DNA from: a virus
IMG/VR virus record: IMGVR_UViG_3300027432_000001
Span: 1 to 39,729 of that record
Strand: one strand, 5' to 3'
Length of the DNA: 39,729 nucleotides
This document shows, piece by piece, positions 1 through 8,467 of this stretch. Positions within the stretch are counted from its first letter, which is position 1; each line of letters begins with the position of its first letter. A program made the position numbers and the translations under genes. Under the pieces are notes generated by a model, which had not been told where the DNA came from, ran no database searches, and worked only from the letters and a program-made list of their open reading frames with translations.

Positions 1-41
1 TACACCTTGTCGAACTGGTCCCCTGCAAGATCGATCAGCGC
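1..41. repeat. Terminal direct repeat, copy 1 (circular closure or terminal redundancy)
   Basis: tacaccttgtcgaactggtcccctgcaagatcgatcagcgc at 1..41 recurs exactly at 39689..39729, so the unique genome length is 39688 bp. Confidence 0.95.
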
Positions 42-1874
42 GTTGCCCTCTATCGCGTAAGAATCCCATGTGATGTTCATGTCCTCCCACGTCTTGAAAA
101 TAGTTCCCCAAGTTGGAACTCGAATGATACGACCGTAACCAAGACAGCTAAACGGGAACTGGTATACCGCATACGTTTGATCGAGATAGTTAAACGCAAG
201 CACATTATCAGACGCCGTTACAGTCGATTCATCCGCATTGGGCGTGCTATTGTAACAGAGCCACCCCTCCTTGATGTCGTCGAAGCGCTCCCCATAACAT
301 TGCTTGATGCTCGTTTGGCTCATGAACGGTACTGGAAGCTGTAAGGCTAGGCGCGTCGGGTCAGTGAAGTCTGGGATGATCTCGTCAACCCGCTTCACAT
401 TCACCCCATCAGATCCAACAATTGCAGGACGACCCACTGATGAGAACCAAGAGTCGTAGTTAATAGGCGAATATGGTGCATCACAAGCCCAAACACTATT
501 GGTTTTGTCAAAGCGGAACGGACCATTTTCATCTCCTGTGTAGCGCAATATCCTCTCGGAATTGGCGAAACGGACCACTAAGTCTGTATTGATGAAGCTA
601 AAAGCGCGTATCGGTTCGCTGGTATCCGCAGGTTCTTGTTCGTCATTTGTGAAATCTAACGGGAACAAAAGCTTAGACCAATAGACTGTACTCTGCTGAA
701 GTTCCCCCCCTACCGTAGGAGATAGAAGCAACAACCTATCACGATTGATTGTCAAGTGCAACGTCTTTGTGATTCCTCCCAGTGCAGCAATGTTATTAGG
801 AACACCCGCAGTAGCAGTAATCAAACCCACATCTATTATCGGATTGAGATAGTGAATCGACACCCCGTCATAGTAGAAGATTGGATCGACGCTATTAGTG
901 AAAAACGCCATGTACTGATAGTTCGCCAGCGTGAAGAAGTTCGAGATTGAACCTGTAAACAAGTCGCCATACATACCGGTTGTCGCGTTAAACACATTCC
1001 CACTGGCCGGCGCTACCGTAAACGTGATTGTATATGCACCTGTGAGATAGTTGATGCTTCCGCTAGTTACACCTGGACCTGTCAATCCACCCACACCGTT
1101 ATCGGTAATCGTGCTCACTAGAACACCTGCCGATGTGTACTGCAAGAAACGCACCGTCCCAGGAACCATCGGATGACCTGCTAATGTACCTGAAAATGTA
1201 ACAGTCGCTGCGTCACCAGTAAATATCGCCGAAGCGTAGTAATCGTGCGGTACTTCGCTGATGCCTTGAAGCGTACCCACCTGTGCTGGCATCAATGTAC
1301 CGGAGATAGCCGTAATGATGCCCATACGCTTCTGATCGAAAACAAGCACGTCTTGCCCGCCTGTAGATGAGTAGTACTGCTTGATACCCATTATCGCTGA
1401 AGTATCGGCAGGCGCTGCGTCCCAAACGAAGAAGATGTCGCTATAAGTATTGGCAGGAGGAGCAGTGTTAAACGTGATAGAAACGGCCCCCGTCGCGATA
1501 TTTACTGTGCCTGTACCACCAGCCGAGCCCACCAGGTTGATGATCGGTGACACGCCATCTGATTGATACTGGAACGTTTCTGCGCTAGTAGCCACAACAA
1601 TCGTTCCATATGCAAAGAAATTCGTCGTCGTCGGCAGCGGACTTATCGTGATAGTGAATGTCTTTGTGCCTCCATTTGGTGCACCTAAGCTCATGATGTG
1701 TCTGTTGCCCATCGTCGCATAGAGCTGGTACCCGTCGATCCGCTCAAGCACACCACGATACAAGTGCGCATTCACCATCGATTGATACGCGTCACGAGGA
1801 AGCAACCACGGCTCTACCGCTTCGTCAAAACCAGTGCGAAAGTTGCTGATAGCGAACTTTTGGTAATCTTTCAT
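1..1874 (-). CDS. Tail nozzle / tubular-B-like virion protein, N-terminal part of a 770-aa ORF that wraps across the window ends
   Basis: The ATG at 1874 overlaps the upstream stop (tcattag). By hand translation the frame is open down to position 1. It is in phase with ORF 39250..39693 through the 41-bp overlap. The N-terminus FRTGFDEAVEPWLLPRDAYQSMVNAHLYRGVLERIDGY resembles the T7 gp12-type N-terminal signature as I remember it. Confidence 0.6.
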   Translation of the reverse strand, partial: MKDYQKFAISNFRTGFDEAVEPWLLPRDAYQSMVNAHLYRGVLERIDGYQLYATMGNRHIMSLGAPNGGTKTFTITISPLPTTTNFFAYGTIVVATSAETFQYQSDGVSPIINLVGSAGGTGTVNIATGAVSITFNTAPPANTYSDIFFVWDAAPADTSAIMGIKQYYSSTGGQDVLVFDQKRMGIITAISGTLMPAQVGTLQGISEVPHDYYASAIFTGDAATVTFSGTLAGHPMVPGTVRFLQYTSAGVLVSTITDNGVGGLTGPGVTSGSINYLTGAYTITFTVAPASGNVFNATTGMYGDLFTGSISNFFTLANYQYMAFFTNSVDPIFYYDGVSIHYLNPIIDVGLITATAGVPNNIAALGGITKTLHLTINRDRLLLLSPTVGGELQQSTVYWSKLLFPLDFTNDEQEPADTSEPIRAFSFINTDLVVRFANSERILRYTGDENGPFRFDKTNSVWACDAPYSPINYDSWFSSVGRPAIVGSDGVNVKRVDEIIPDFTDPTRLALQLPVPFMSQTSIKQCYGERFDDIKEGWLCYNSTPNADESTVTASDNVLAFNYLDQTYAVYQFPFSCLGYGRIIRVPTWGTIFKTWEDMNITWDSYAIEGNALIDLAGDQFDKV

Positions 1875-2452
1875 TAGTTACCTATAGCTACCCAGAAGAA
1901 CCCCGTAACACTAGAAGAATTAGTTACAAACCTCCATCCAAATCCGGTATTAGTTGTCGTTCCTTCATCTATATAAACAATCGTCGTACTGTTAGTAGGT
2001 GTAGAAGAACCACTATCATAAACAGGAGATGCGATGACGTTAAAACATGCAGTAGGGAAATTTATATTCGCAGTAATGAATGTTGTTGATCCGGTTGATT
2101 GAGTCGTAACCGCTTTGAATCCCCACTGCACTAACACCTTGCCAATCCACTGGTACCCGTTAGTAGCCGCGTTTCCTTCTGTCAACTTGCAAATCGTCGT
2201 TCCATCGTAGAATCGCGCCCCACCAGCTCTCACATAGTACATCCCATTTGTGTCTGCCGGTAAAGCTACTGGATCTAATGTTCTATTCGGCATCGACGCT
2301 TGCAGGTGGTACATGTCTGTTCCGCTGCCCGCTGCATTGAAGTTGTGCTCGGTTCCTATTCCCGTATCAAGAAATCCAAAGTTAGCCTGTATCTGGGGCT
2401 GCGAATTCGCTATCGTTTGGTTGCCCTGCGGTACGTTATTTGTGTAAACCAT
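1874..2452 (-). CDS. Virion structural protein, tail-fibre/tail-associated candidate (192 aa)
   Basis: AAGGAGA RBS 4 nt before the ATG. N-terminus NNVPQGNQTIANSQPQIQANFGFL..EHNF is followed by a Ser/Thr/Gly-rich beta-type C-terminus. The gene lies between the adaptor-like and nozzle-like genes. Confidence 0.5.
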   Translation of the reverse strand: MVYTNNVPQGNQTIANSQPQIQANFGFLDTGIGTEHNFNAAGSGTDMYHLQASMPNRTLDPVALPADTNGMYYVRAGGARFYDGTTICKLTEGNAATNGYQWIGKVLVQWGFKAVTTQSTGSTTFITANINFPTACFNVIASPVYDSGSSTPTNSTTIVYIDEGTTTNTGFGWRFVTNSSSVTGFFWVAIGN

Positions 2453-2461
2453 TTCGTCTCC

Positions 2462-3385
2462 TTAAAATGCTGGTACGGCTCTCTGGTACAAGAGCTCTTC
2501 GTAGGTGTCCTGCATGCTTACGTCCTTGAATCGGTTGTACTCCGGCAGGTACTGATCGTATTGGTCCATCTGGTTGAATAGCTTGAAGATATGAAGCGAC
2601 GCCCCCAGCGCAATCAATGGGCCCAAGTCTGCACGGAATGGCACGTCTGTATAGTTAACAAGCGGCGAAGGTACCTGGATACCCTGCATCTTGATGAGAT
2701 ACACTTGATCGGGCACAGGTCGAAGCACGAACATGTTGTCTGCATTGATAGCTGCCTGCGTCGCATCAGGTAATGGCTGGCTCTTGAAGAACAGAATCCC
2801 ACACGGTCGATTGGGCATGTATGTCTGGGATGTAGCAGTAAGATTCGCGTTATTGACTGTGGCAGAACCAAACGTTAATGAAACAGACCCACTAGTGTAA
2901 TTAATAGTGCCGCTATCAGGAGAATTAAAACCTCCGGATCCATTGTCGGTGGCAACTTGTACTCCATCGGTGACATATAAACTTCCTTCTAATATTGGAT
3001 ATGCAGAAATTTGAAACGTGAAAGGCCCGGTAGTTCCATTACCCGTTCCAACTACCTGTTTGTTCATCTGCTGCGGGTAGTCTTGATAAAAAAGGTCAGG
3101 CGAAATATACCAAGTGATCGGCCATCCATCTGCCCATACTTGCGGGTTCAGTGTTTGAAACGTATTCGGTGCCGGGTACTGGTCAACATTCGCCTGCGTG
3201 AAAAATTGATAGTACGTGTATTCCCAGAAGATCTTCAGCTCCTTCGGCAACACATACTGGTAGTAGTAATTGATCTTTTCCGCTGCATAAGTATCGGTCA
3301 TCATGCTCGCATCGGGACGACCGGTTATCCCCCTAAGCTCCGTGATGATGTTCTGTAAGTTCCAAACTTGTGCAGGAAATGACAT
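2462..3385 (-). CDS. Virion structural protein, tail adaptor / tubular-A-like candidate (307 aa)
   Basis: TAATG coupling to the upstream gene. It carries the module DNGSGGF..GTINYTSGSVSLTF, which also occurs twice in the 770-aa protein. It sits immediately before the other tail genes. Confidence 0.45.
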   Translation of the reverse strand: MSFPAQVWNLQNIITELRGITGRPDASMMTDTYAAEKINYYYQYVLPKELKIFWEYTYYQFFTQANVDQYPAPNTFQTLNPQVWADGWPITWYISPDLFYQDYPQQMNKQVVGTGNGTTGPFTFQISAYPILEGSLYVTDGVQVATDNGSGGFNSPDSGTINYTSGSVSLTFGSATVNNANLTATSQTYMPNRPCGILFFKSQPLPDATQAAINADNMFVLRPVPDQVYLIKMQGIQVPSPLVNYTDVPFRADLGPLIALGASLHIFKLFNQMDQYDQYLPEYNRFKDVSMQDTYEELLYQRAVPAF

Positions 3386-3783
3386 TAGGCCCTCTCACAT
3401 ACGAAGTGTGTCTTGTAACCTGCGATGTATACTTGCGGTATCCCTTCAGCGTTGCGGCGGTACTTCTCTATGTTCTCGCGGCAACTCTCCAAGTTTCGAA
3501 TTACCTCCCAGGGAAGCGAATATTCCTTGCCGTCGATCAGCTTGTACTGCTTGAATGGGTGCGTCTTGCTCGCATAGTGAAATTCTAGTACGTGTCCTGG
3601 GTCCCTCTGGTTGCGGAAGATCACCTTCTCAAGCCGTGGCATCTCTTTGACGACCACCACTTGTTCTTCTTGTAGCTCCCGTGACACCTGTTCTAACGAT
3701 TCATCAGCAGGTCCACTCAGATGCTCTTCTTGTAGCTTCTCTACCGGTACTTTCTTTGGTTTTTTGCGTGTTATTACTGCCAT
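3385..3783 (-). CDS. Hypothetical virion-module protein (132 aa; ORF track extends to 3831)
   Basis: GGAG lies 7 nt before the ATG at 3783. The longer ORF would translate the conserved intergenic motif at 3809..3846. Confidence 0.6.
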   Translation of the reverse strand: MAVITRKKPKKVPVEKLQEEHLSGPADESLEQVSRELQEEQVVVVKEMPRLEKVIFRNQRDPGHVLEFHYASKTHPFKQYKLIDGKEYSLPWEVIRNLESCRENIEKYRRNAEGIPQVYIAGYKTHFVCERA

Positions 3784-3808
3784 TTCAATCTCCATGTAAA
3801 GCGGCCTT

Positions 3809-3846
3809 GCAAAAAATTTCTTTACACTCAAGGCAAAATTTTTTAG
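3809..3846 (-). promoter_or_regulatory. Conserved intergenic motif, copy A (candidate promoter/regulatory element)
   Basis: Minus strand reads CTAAAAAATTTTGCCTTGAGTGTAAAGAAATTTTTTGC. Near-identical elements lie at 6753..6791 and 34494..34532, each just upstream of a minus-strand gene start. Confidence 0.4.
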
Positions 3847-3857
3847 CGCGCTTGGTT

Positions 3858-4211
3858 CTATTGGTTGTTGTACATCAGCCCGGGAGGTTGCCCAGCCGGA
3901 GGGTTGTACGATATAATGTTCATCTCGCCGCCCGATACGTAAGGCGCAAAATTCGTCGTATCCACGGGTCTGTATTGCAGCGTGTAAAGCTCAAACGTCA
4001 TCGCGTTGGTATCTAGGTTCGCCACAATGTACCGCTCCCCGTTCACCTGCCACATTCCCTTCACATTCGAAAGAGTCACCGTTTGACCCACAGTTACCGA
4101 AAACGAGTTCGCCTGCGTCACTGAAGTTAGCGTCACTACACCCGGTCTGCTCTGCGTGATGTTCGTGATCAAGTACAGTGTCCCTAAAGGGAAGCCCACT
4201 ACTGCTGTCAT
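3858..4211 (-). CDS. Head decoration/fibre-like protein, short paralogue (117 aa)
   Basis: AGGAG RBS. About 90 aa align with the C-terminus of the 4259..4972 product (ITNxxxxxPGxVTxTSV...YIVAxxxxxxFxLY...PVDTTxxxxYVSGGExxxISY). Confidence 0.6.
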   Translation of the reverse strand: MTAVVGFPLGTLYLITNITQSRPGVVTLTSVTQANSFSVTVGQTVTLSNVKGMWQVNGERYIVANLDTNAMTFELYTLQYRPVDTTNFAPYVSGGEMNIISYNPPAGQPPGLMYNNQ

Positions 4212-4258
4212 TCGTGCTCCTAGAGGAAGGGATCGCTCCCCTCCTCGCGTTTGTTCTC

Positions 4259-4972
4259 TTACCAGCCAGTCGGCGTAGCAAAGAAAGCTTCCCAGAAAAG
4301 CGTGTTAGTAGATGCTCCCACTACCGCAGTTCCAAGCGTCACCCCTTCGTAGCCGATGTCCAATTGCAACCCAGCAGGTGATCCCGGAGTAATTACCTGA
4401 CCAGTTGTTGCGTTTATCACAGGAGCTGTCGGAGGATACGAGATCACATCCAACTCTCCGCCAGATACGTAAGTACCTAGAGATGTTGTATCAACTGGAT
4501 TTCCAAATGTGTCGTATAGCTTGAAAGTAGTACCGGAAATACCTGCCACAATGAAGCGGTTAGTATTCAGTCCAATCATTCCAACAACACCGGAGATCGT
4601 TACAGTCATCCCGTTCACCAATGTCATTGAATTCGTTGGTGTTACGGAAGTGACAGTCACAGCCCCTGGATTCGCGTTAGTAATTCCAGTGATCGTATAG
4701 ATAGTGTTCTGCCAGTCACCACCAAGGACCACAGGCGTGATACCATTAGAAGTGATGTAAGATACAACCGGTGCACCAGCGGTATATGTCGTCTGAAGCG
4801 AGCTTGCATTCGGCATACTCTTTAGCCACAGAGACTCACCTACTGTCGCACTGTTCGGTGGGTTCACTTCCAAGATCGTTAGGTTGTAGATCTGGAATTT
4901 GTCTGGTACGAAGCCGAGCGGCAAAGTAACAGCAGCCCCGGTACTTGTAATAAATCCGTTTCTGTATTGCAT
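4259..4972 (-). CDS. Head decoration/fibre-like protein (237 aa)
   Basis: AGGAGG RBS. It lies directly downstream of the major capsid gene. The C-terminal domain is shared with the 3858..4211 product. Confidence 0.6.
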   Translation of the reverse strand: MQYRNGFITSTGAAVTLPLGFVPDKFQIYNLTILEVNPPNSATVGESLWLKSMPNASSLQTTYTAGAPVVSYITSNGITPVVLGGDWQNTIYTITGITNANPGAVTVTSVTPTNSMTLVNGMTVTISGVVGMIGLNTNRFIVAGISGTTFKLYDTFGNPVDTTSLGTYVSGGELDVISYPPTAPVINATTGQVITPGSPAGLQLDIGYEGVTLGTAVVGASTNTLFWEAFFATPTGW

Positions 4973-4991
4973 TTCTAATTCCTCCTATTGA

Positions 4992-5939
4992 TTAAAATGT
5001 ATTTTCAGTTGACAACAAGCGTGTGATCCAGTTGTCATTCAATAGGCGAGTAGCAAACGGATACTTGTACCCTACAGAGCCTCGTTGATTTAATGGATCT
5101 TCGGTACCGCTAGACCCTAATGGCTTCACGAGAAATTCGGCTTCTTTAGACCCTAGCTTTACAACACCATAAGCCTCTTGCCCGAGGATGATGCTGTTCC
5201 ACACTGGAGTCGCTGCCCCGTTGTTGAATCCGTTTGTACTTAGGAGCCATCGCACGTTGTTGGTTGAACCCCACTCTGCTTCCAACGCATCTAATGGATT
5301 AGGATAGTTGGCTACACTAAGGAAATCTGCGCAAGCTTCGAGGTCATTCTGAATCTCAACTGCCATGAATCCCCAATAGGAGCTCCGTACAGGACTTGTA
5401 GCGAAGCGATTCTCACCAGGAATAGGTTTGGTCATCAGGCGAGCGTTACCCAGTCTGAGAGCACGTACAGCAGTCTTGATATCTGGTGTAGTGACCTCTG
5501 TGGGGGTCGACCCGTTAATTCCGTTTGAGCAAGAAATAGAACTAGCAGTTGCAACCATCATATTACGAATTAGTGTGTCGATAGTTAACCCTAATTGTAA
5601 TGATAGTACTCTAGTTGCTTCGTTTAGTACTCTATCTTGAACTGTGAATTGAACTTGGTCTGTAATAACGACGAAGTTTCCGTACCATTTAATTTGCGTG
5701 CTAAAGTCGGTAACGGCTAAACTGTCTCCTGGAGGAGTTGTCCCGTCTTGGATAGGCACAGTTGCTGCTGACAAAGTCGCATACCGTCTGAAAATCATCT
5801 GATCGCCAGAGTTCAACGGTATAGTTCTTTTTTGAGCAAACATGTCGTAGATGTAGTAAGGCCGCGCTAATGTAAGCAGGAGCCTGTCAAAATAGGTCCG
5901 TACTTCTGGAGGGACCTGTTGTAATGTGGTAATTGGCAT
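4992..5939 (-). CDS. Major capsid protein (HK97 fold, N4 gp56-like type)
   Basis: 315 aa. The signature ...IPLNSGDQMIFRRYATLSAATVPIQDGTTPPG...IKWYGNFVVITDQV...LGLTIDTLIRN matches this capsid family as I remember it. It follows a scaffold-like gene. Confidence 0.85.
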   Translation of the reverse strand: MPITTLQQVPPEVRTYFDRLLLTLARPYYIYDMFAQKRTIPLNSGDQMIFRRYATLSAATVPIQDGTTPPGDSLAVTDFSTQIKWYGNFVVITDQVQFTVQDRVLNEATRVLSLQLGLTIDTLIRNMMVATASSISCSNGINGSTPTEVTTPDIKTAVRALRLGNARLMTKPIPGENRFATSPVRSSYWGFMAVEIQNDLEACADFLSVANYPNPLDALEAEWGSTNNVRWLLSTNGFNNGAATPVWNSIILGQEAYGVVKLGSKEAEFLVKPLGSSGTEDPLNQRGSVGYKYPFATRLLNDNWITRLLSTENTF

Positions 5940-5954
5940 ATCAACCTTGTGCGG

Positions 5955-6710
5955 TTAGATATTCGCCAGATTCCTCGCGGCTATTTTCATGAAATCCTCG
6001 TCAGACATGTTCGCGTAGTAATCGGCACTGCTCAACGTCCCACCGCCACCAATGCTCGCCAGCGTCTGTGGTTTCTGGGCATTTTGAAGAGCTCTCTGCG
6101 CATTCCCGTTTTGTGGAGGAGGTTGTTGTGCAGCAGGTTGTGCTCTAGCGTTCAGCTCTGCCAGTAAATACGCCGCCTCATAAGGATTGCTCGCCTTCTG
6201 AATCATCTCGGCAAATATCGGGTTTTTACTAGTTAGTTGCGGTACGTGTTGAGTCACCATGCTGTCCCAGTCCTGACGCTGCGTTTTGGTACTGATCGCT
6301 GTGAGTGCATCCTTAATCTCGCTTCGGAGACTCTGGTTTTCCTGTCGCAGCGTATCAAAGGCCTTACGCACATCTCGCCCGTCGTCCCAGTCAAGTGCAG
6401 TTAGCGCGTCTTGCTGGCTCGCTTGCGGTGGCTCTGGACGAGTCGGCATCCTGGCATAGGCTTCTGCTTGCCCCTTCCAGTACTCCCGCTCCTCTTTCAT
6501 CTTGGCGGCCTCTTCACGTAATGCCCGAAAGTTCATCTCCTTATCGGACAATTGCCCCTGACCGGCGTCGTCTAAGGTAATTTTTACGCCCGTATCTAAT
6601 GGATCGCCGACGACCTGATCCACGTTAACGTCTTGGTATGAGTTGTATTGTTGTGGCGCAGTCTCCGGGAACAACTCCGTCCCTGGGCGCGACATGTCTA
6701 GTTCTTGCAT
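5955..6710 (-). CDS. Scaffolding protein candidate (251 aa)
   Basis: Gln/Ala/Glu-rich, helical, low-complexity protein immediately upstream of the capsid gene. AAGGA RBS. Confidence 0.6.
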   Translation of the reverse strand: MQELDMSRPGTELFPETAPQQYNSYQDVNVDQVVGDPLDTGVKITLDDAGQGQLSDKEMNFRALREEAAKMKEEREYWKGQAEAYARMPTRPEPPQASQQDALTALDWDDGRDVRKAFDTLRQENQSLRSEIKDALTAISTKTQRQDWDSMVTQHVPQLTSKNPIFAEMIQKASNPYEAAYLLAELNARAQPAAQQPPPQNGNAQRALQNAQKPQTLASIGGGGTLSSADYYANMSDEDFMKIAARNLANI

Positions 6711-6752
6711 TCCGTTTCCTTTGATCTCGGCGACAGATCGGTTACGCCCGTT

Positions 6753-6791
6753 TCAAAAAAATTCTTACATTCAAAAGCAAAAATTTTTTAG
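6753..6791 (-). promoter_or_regulatory. Conserved intergenic motif, copy B
   Basis: Minus strand reads CTAAAAAATTTTTGCTTTTGAATGTAAGAATTTTTTTGA. It lies 43-81 nt upstream of the scaffold start. Confidence 0.4.
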
Positions 6792-6801
6792 GAAACTATC
6801 T

Positions 6802-7215
6802 CTAAGCCAATAGTATCGACTGTGATTTCTTGGCCGCTTCTTCTATTGTTGGTATGTGATCCTGCTTGTTCTGTGACATCTCCGCCTCACTTATCGGCAC
6901 GTCGTATGGCAAGCACAAGTCCGGTTCCACTACCAGTCTTTTGTCTTTACATTTCCACTTGAATACCAGTACACCCACCATCGCTTTAGGCGGCCTCTTG
7001 ATACATGCGTGCCAGCCTGCTACAATTGCGTTCTGGTGCTTTATATGAGGTTTGGCGGCATATAGCACCCAGAAGTCACGATCGAAGCTCCTAGCGTAAT
7101 TCTGTGCGAATCTGTGGGCATCCATCCAGCAGTCATATGCCATTGGTTCCCGCGTCTCGCCCATCTCTTGCATGTTGGAGTTGCGCTTCTGTCCTACAAG
7201 TGTTGTTTCCATCAT
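6802..7215 (-). CDS. Hypothetical protein (137 aa)
   Basis: The ORF starts 4 nt after the upstream TAG. AGGTGA lies next to tandem ATG codons. It is the last of seven small ORFs between portal and scaffold. Confidence 0.6.
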   Translation of the reverse strand: MMETTLVGQKRNSNMQEMGETREPMAYDCWMDAHRFAQNYARSFDRDFWVLYAAKPHIKHQNAIVAGWHACIKRPPKAMVGVLVFKWKCKDKRLVVEPDLCLPYDVPISEAEMSQNKQDHIPTIEEAAKKSQSILLA

Positions 7216-7219
7216 TCAC

Positions 7220-7465
7220 CTATGCCCATGGATATTCACGAAACTGAGAGTGCGCCATCGACATCGACTTCTCACAGCCGCGTTTGCCAGCAAGCCCATA
7301 CGCTTCGTCCATTGCTTCTACCTTCATCTCGAAAACACCGCTCTTCCAATCTTCCGCGACAGACTTAGGGGTAGTCTCAGATTGATGACTCACCATCGGC
7401 TCACGCGTGTTGTAGTGCTCCATGCTTTCGAACCCACCTTGATGTCCTGAGGGATTCTCTTTCAT
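7220..7465 (-). CDS. Hypothetical protein (81 aa)
   Basis: GGAG RBS 8 nt upstream. Met/Glu/His/Ser-rich composition like its neighbours. Confidence 0.55.
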   Translation of the reverse strand: MKENPSGHQGGFESMEHYNTREPMVSHQSETTPKSVAEDWKSGVFEMKVEAMDEAYGLAGKRGCEKSMSMAHSQFREYPWA

Positions 7466-7525
7466 GTCTTCTTCTCCTTTTTCTTTTTTAATTTCCTCTT
7501 TATACTGCGAGGGGTGTGCACATGT

Positions 7526-7759
7526 TCAGCTTTCTTCAACTGACTGCGTGCCTTTTCTAGTGCGCTCTTCTTCTTCATCTTTACCCAAACAAATTTTAAC
7601 TGTGTGTTTCTCTAGAGCGTGCCAATTGCTCGTTTCTGGAAGATACTTAACAAAAGTCATCTCACCTTTTTCCAGTTGCTCTTGGTAGTATTCTTCGCCC
7701 CAGTCTTCTATGTTATGTCGTATCTCTTTTAACACGGATACTAGCACTCTCTGTTTCAT
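7526..7759 (-). CDS. Hypothetical acidic protein (77 aa; track start 7762 is TTG)
   Basis: The ATG at 7759 shares its A with the upstream TGA (TGATG), which indicates translational coupling. Confidence 0.6.
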   Translation of the reverse strand: MKQRVLVSVLKEIRHNIEDWGEEYYQEQLEKGEMTFVKYLPETSNWHALEKHTVKICLGKDEEEERTRKGTQSVEES

Positions 7760-8091
7760 CAATCGCCTCTTCCATCGGTACCGTACTTTGCTACTGGAAG
7801 CAGCGTATTTTGGAATGCTCGCGGATCTTCGTATACTGCCTTACCCGGCCTGATCCCTTGCCACTCTTCCCAATACTCGTGCTGCGCTCTCTCGGCTGCT
7901 AGCGCTCTCTGTATCTCAGTCTCACCACGTATAGGTTTTTTGTTCTCCTGAGAGTGAAATTGTTGTCCCGTACCACTCAACTGCTCTTTGGCCCAAACCC
8001 CAGGCAATGGATGAAACTTGGGATGGTAACTGTCGTACTGTCCGGGTTGCGGCTTCAACGTGTTCAGCGGTGCATTGCCTTTCTGGTTCAT
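7759..8091 (-). CDS. Hypothetical protein (110 aa)
   Basis: ATG-initiated ORF in the coupled chain. Gln/Pro/Gly/His-rich. Confidence 0.55.
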   Translation of the reverse strand: MNQKGNAPLNTLKPQPGQYDSYHPKFHPLPGVWAKEQLSGTGQQFHSQENKKPIRGETEIQRALAAERAQHEYWEEWQGIRPGKAVYEDPRAFQNTLLPVAKYGTDGRGD

Positions 8092-8206
8092 TCTCTCGCC
8101 TCATTTCTTCTTCGCCATCTCCATTTCCACTTCCATTGCCCATCCTCATAAACACGAAACTCTTCTCCAAGTAGAACCATTTGAAAATATGTGATTAGTT
8201 CCGGTG

Positions 8207-8467
8207 TCAAAATGAAGCCTCCCCAAGCGGTGCGCTCCCATCGTTGTGTCCATGTGCGTATCGGTAACTGTCTTCGTGCTGCTTTCTTTCGTTCTCCATC
8301 ATGAACTGCAAGTCGCTCGTAGTTCTGCCGACTGATCCCTGCTTCAATGCACCGAATCGTCCCTGAGCGTTCGCTGTCTCGGCTACTGATCTTGGCAAGT
8401 GCGTCTTCATCTCTTCCCCAACTGTGCTCATGTAGCCGCCCTCACCTTGAAACATGCTCGCTGTCAT
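8207..8467 (-). CDS. Hypothetical protein (86 aa)
   Basis: ATGA start/stop overlap with the upstream ORF at 8464..8467. Confidence 0.6.
   Translation of the reverse strand: MTASMFQGEGGYMSTVGEEMKTHLPRSVAETANAQGRFGALKQGSVGRTTSDLQFMMENERKQHEDSYRYAHGHNDGSAPLGEASF

Noticed and set aside
2250-2871. Plus-strand and minus-strand short ORFs overlapping the tail genes (2250..2447, 2300..2581, 2591..2773, 2614..2871)
   Set aside because: They overlap strongly supported structural genes in other frames, lack RBSs and have biased composition.
8088-8180. 30-aa Trp/Arg-rich micro-ORF (MVLLGEEFRVYEDGQWKWKWRWRRRNEARE) with an ATGA overlap onto the 8091 start
   Set aside because: The coupling signature is suggestive. 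However, the peptide is very short and compositionally odd, and it lacks an RBS. Support is insufficient without conservation data.
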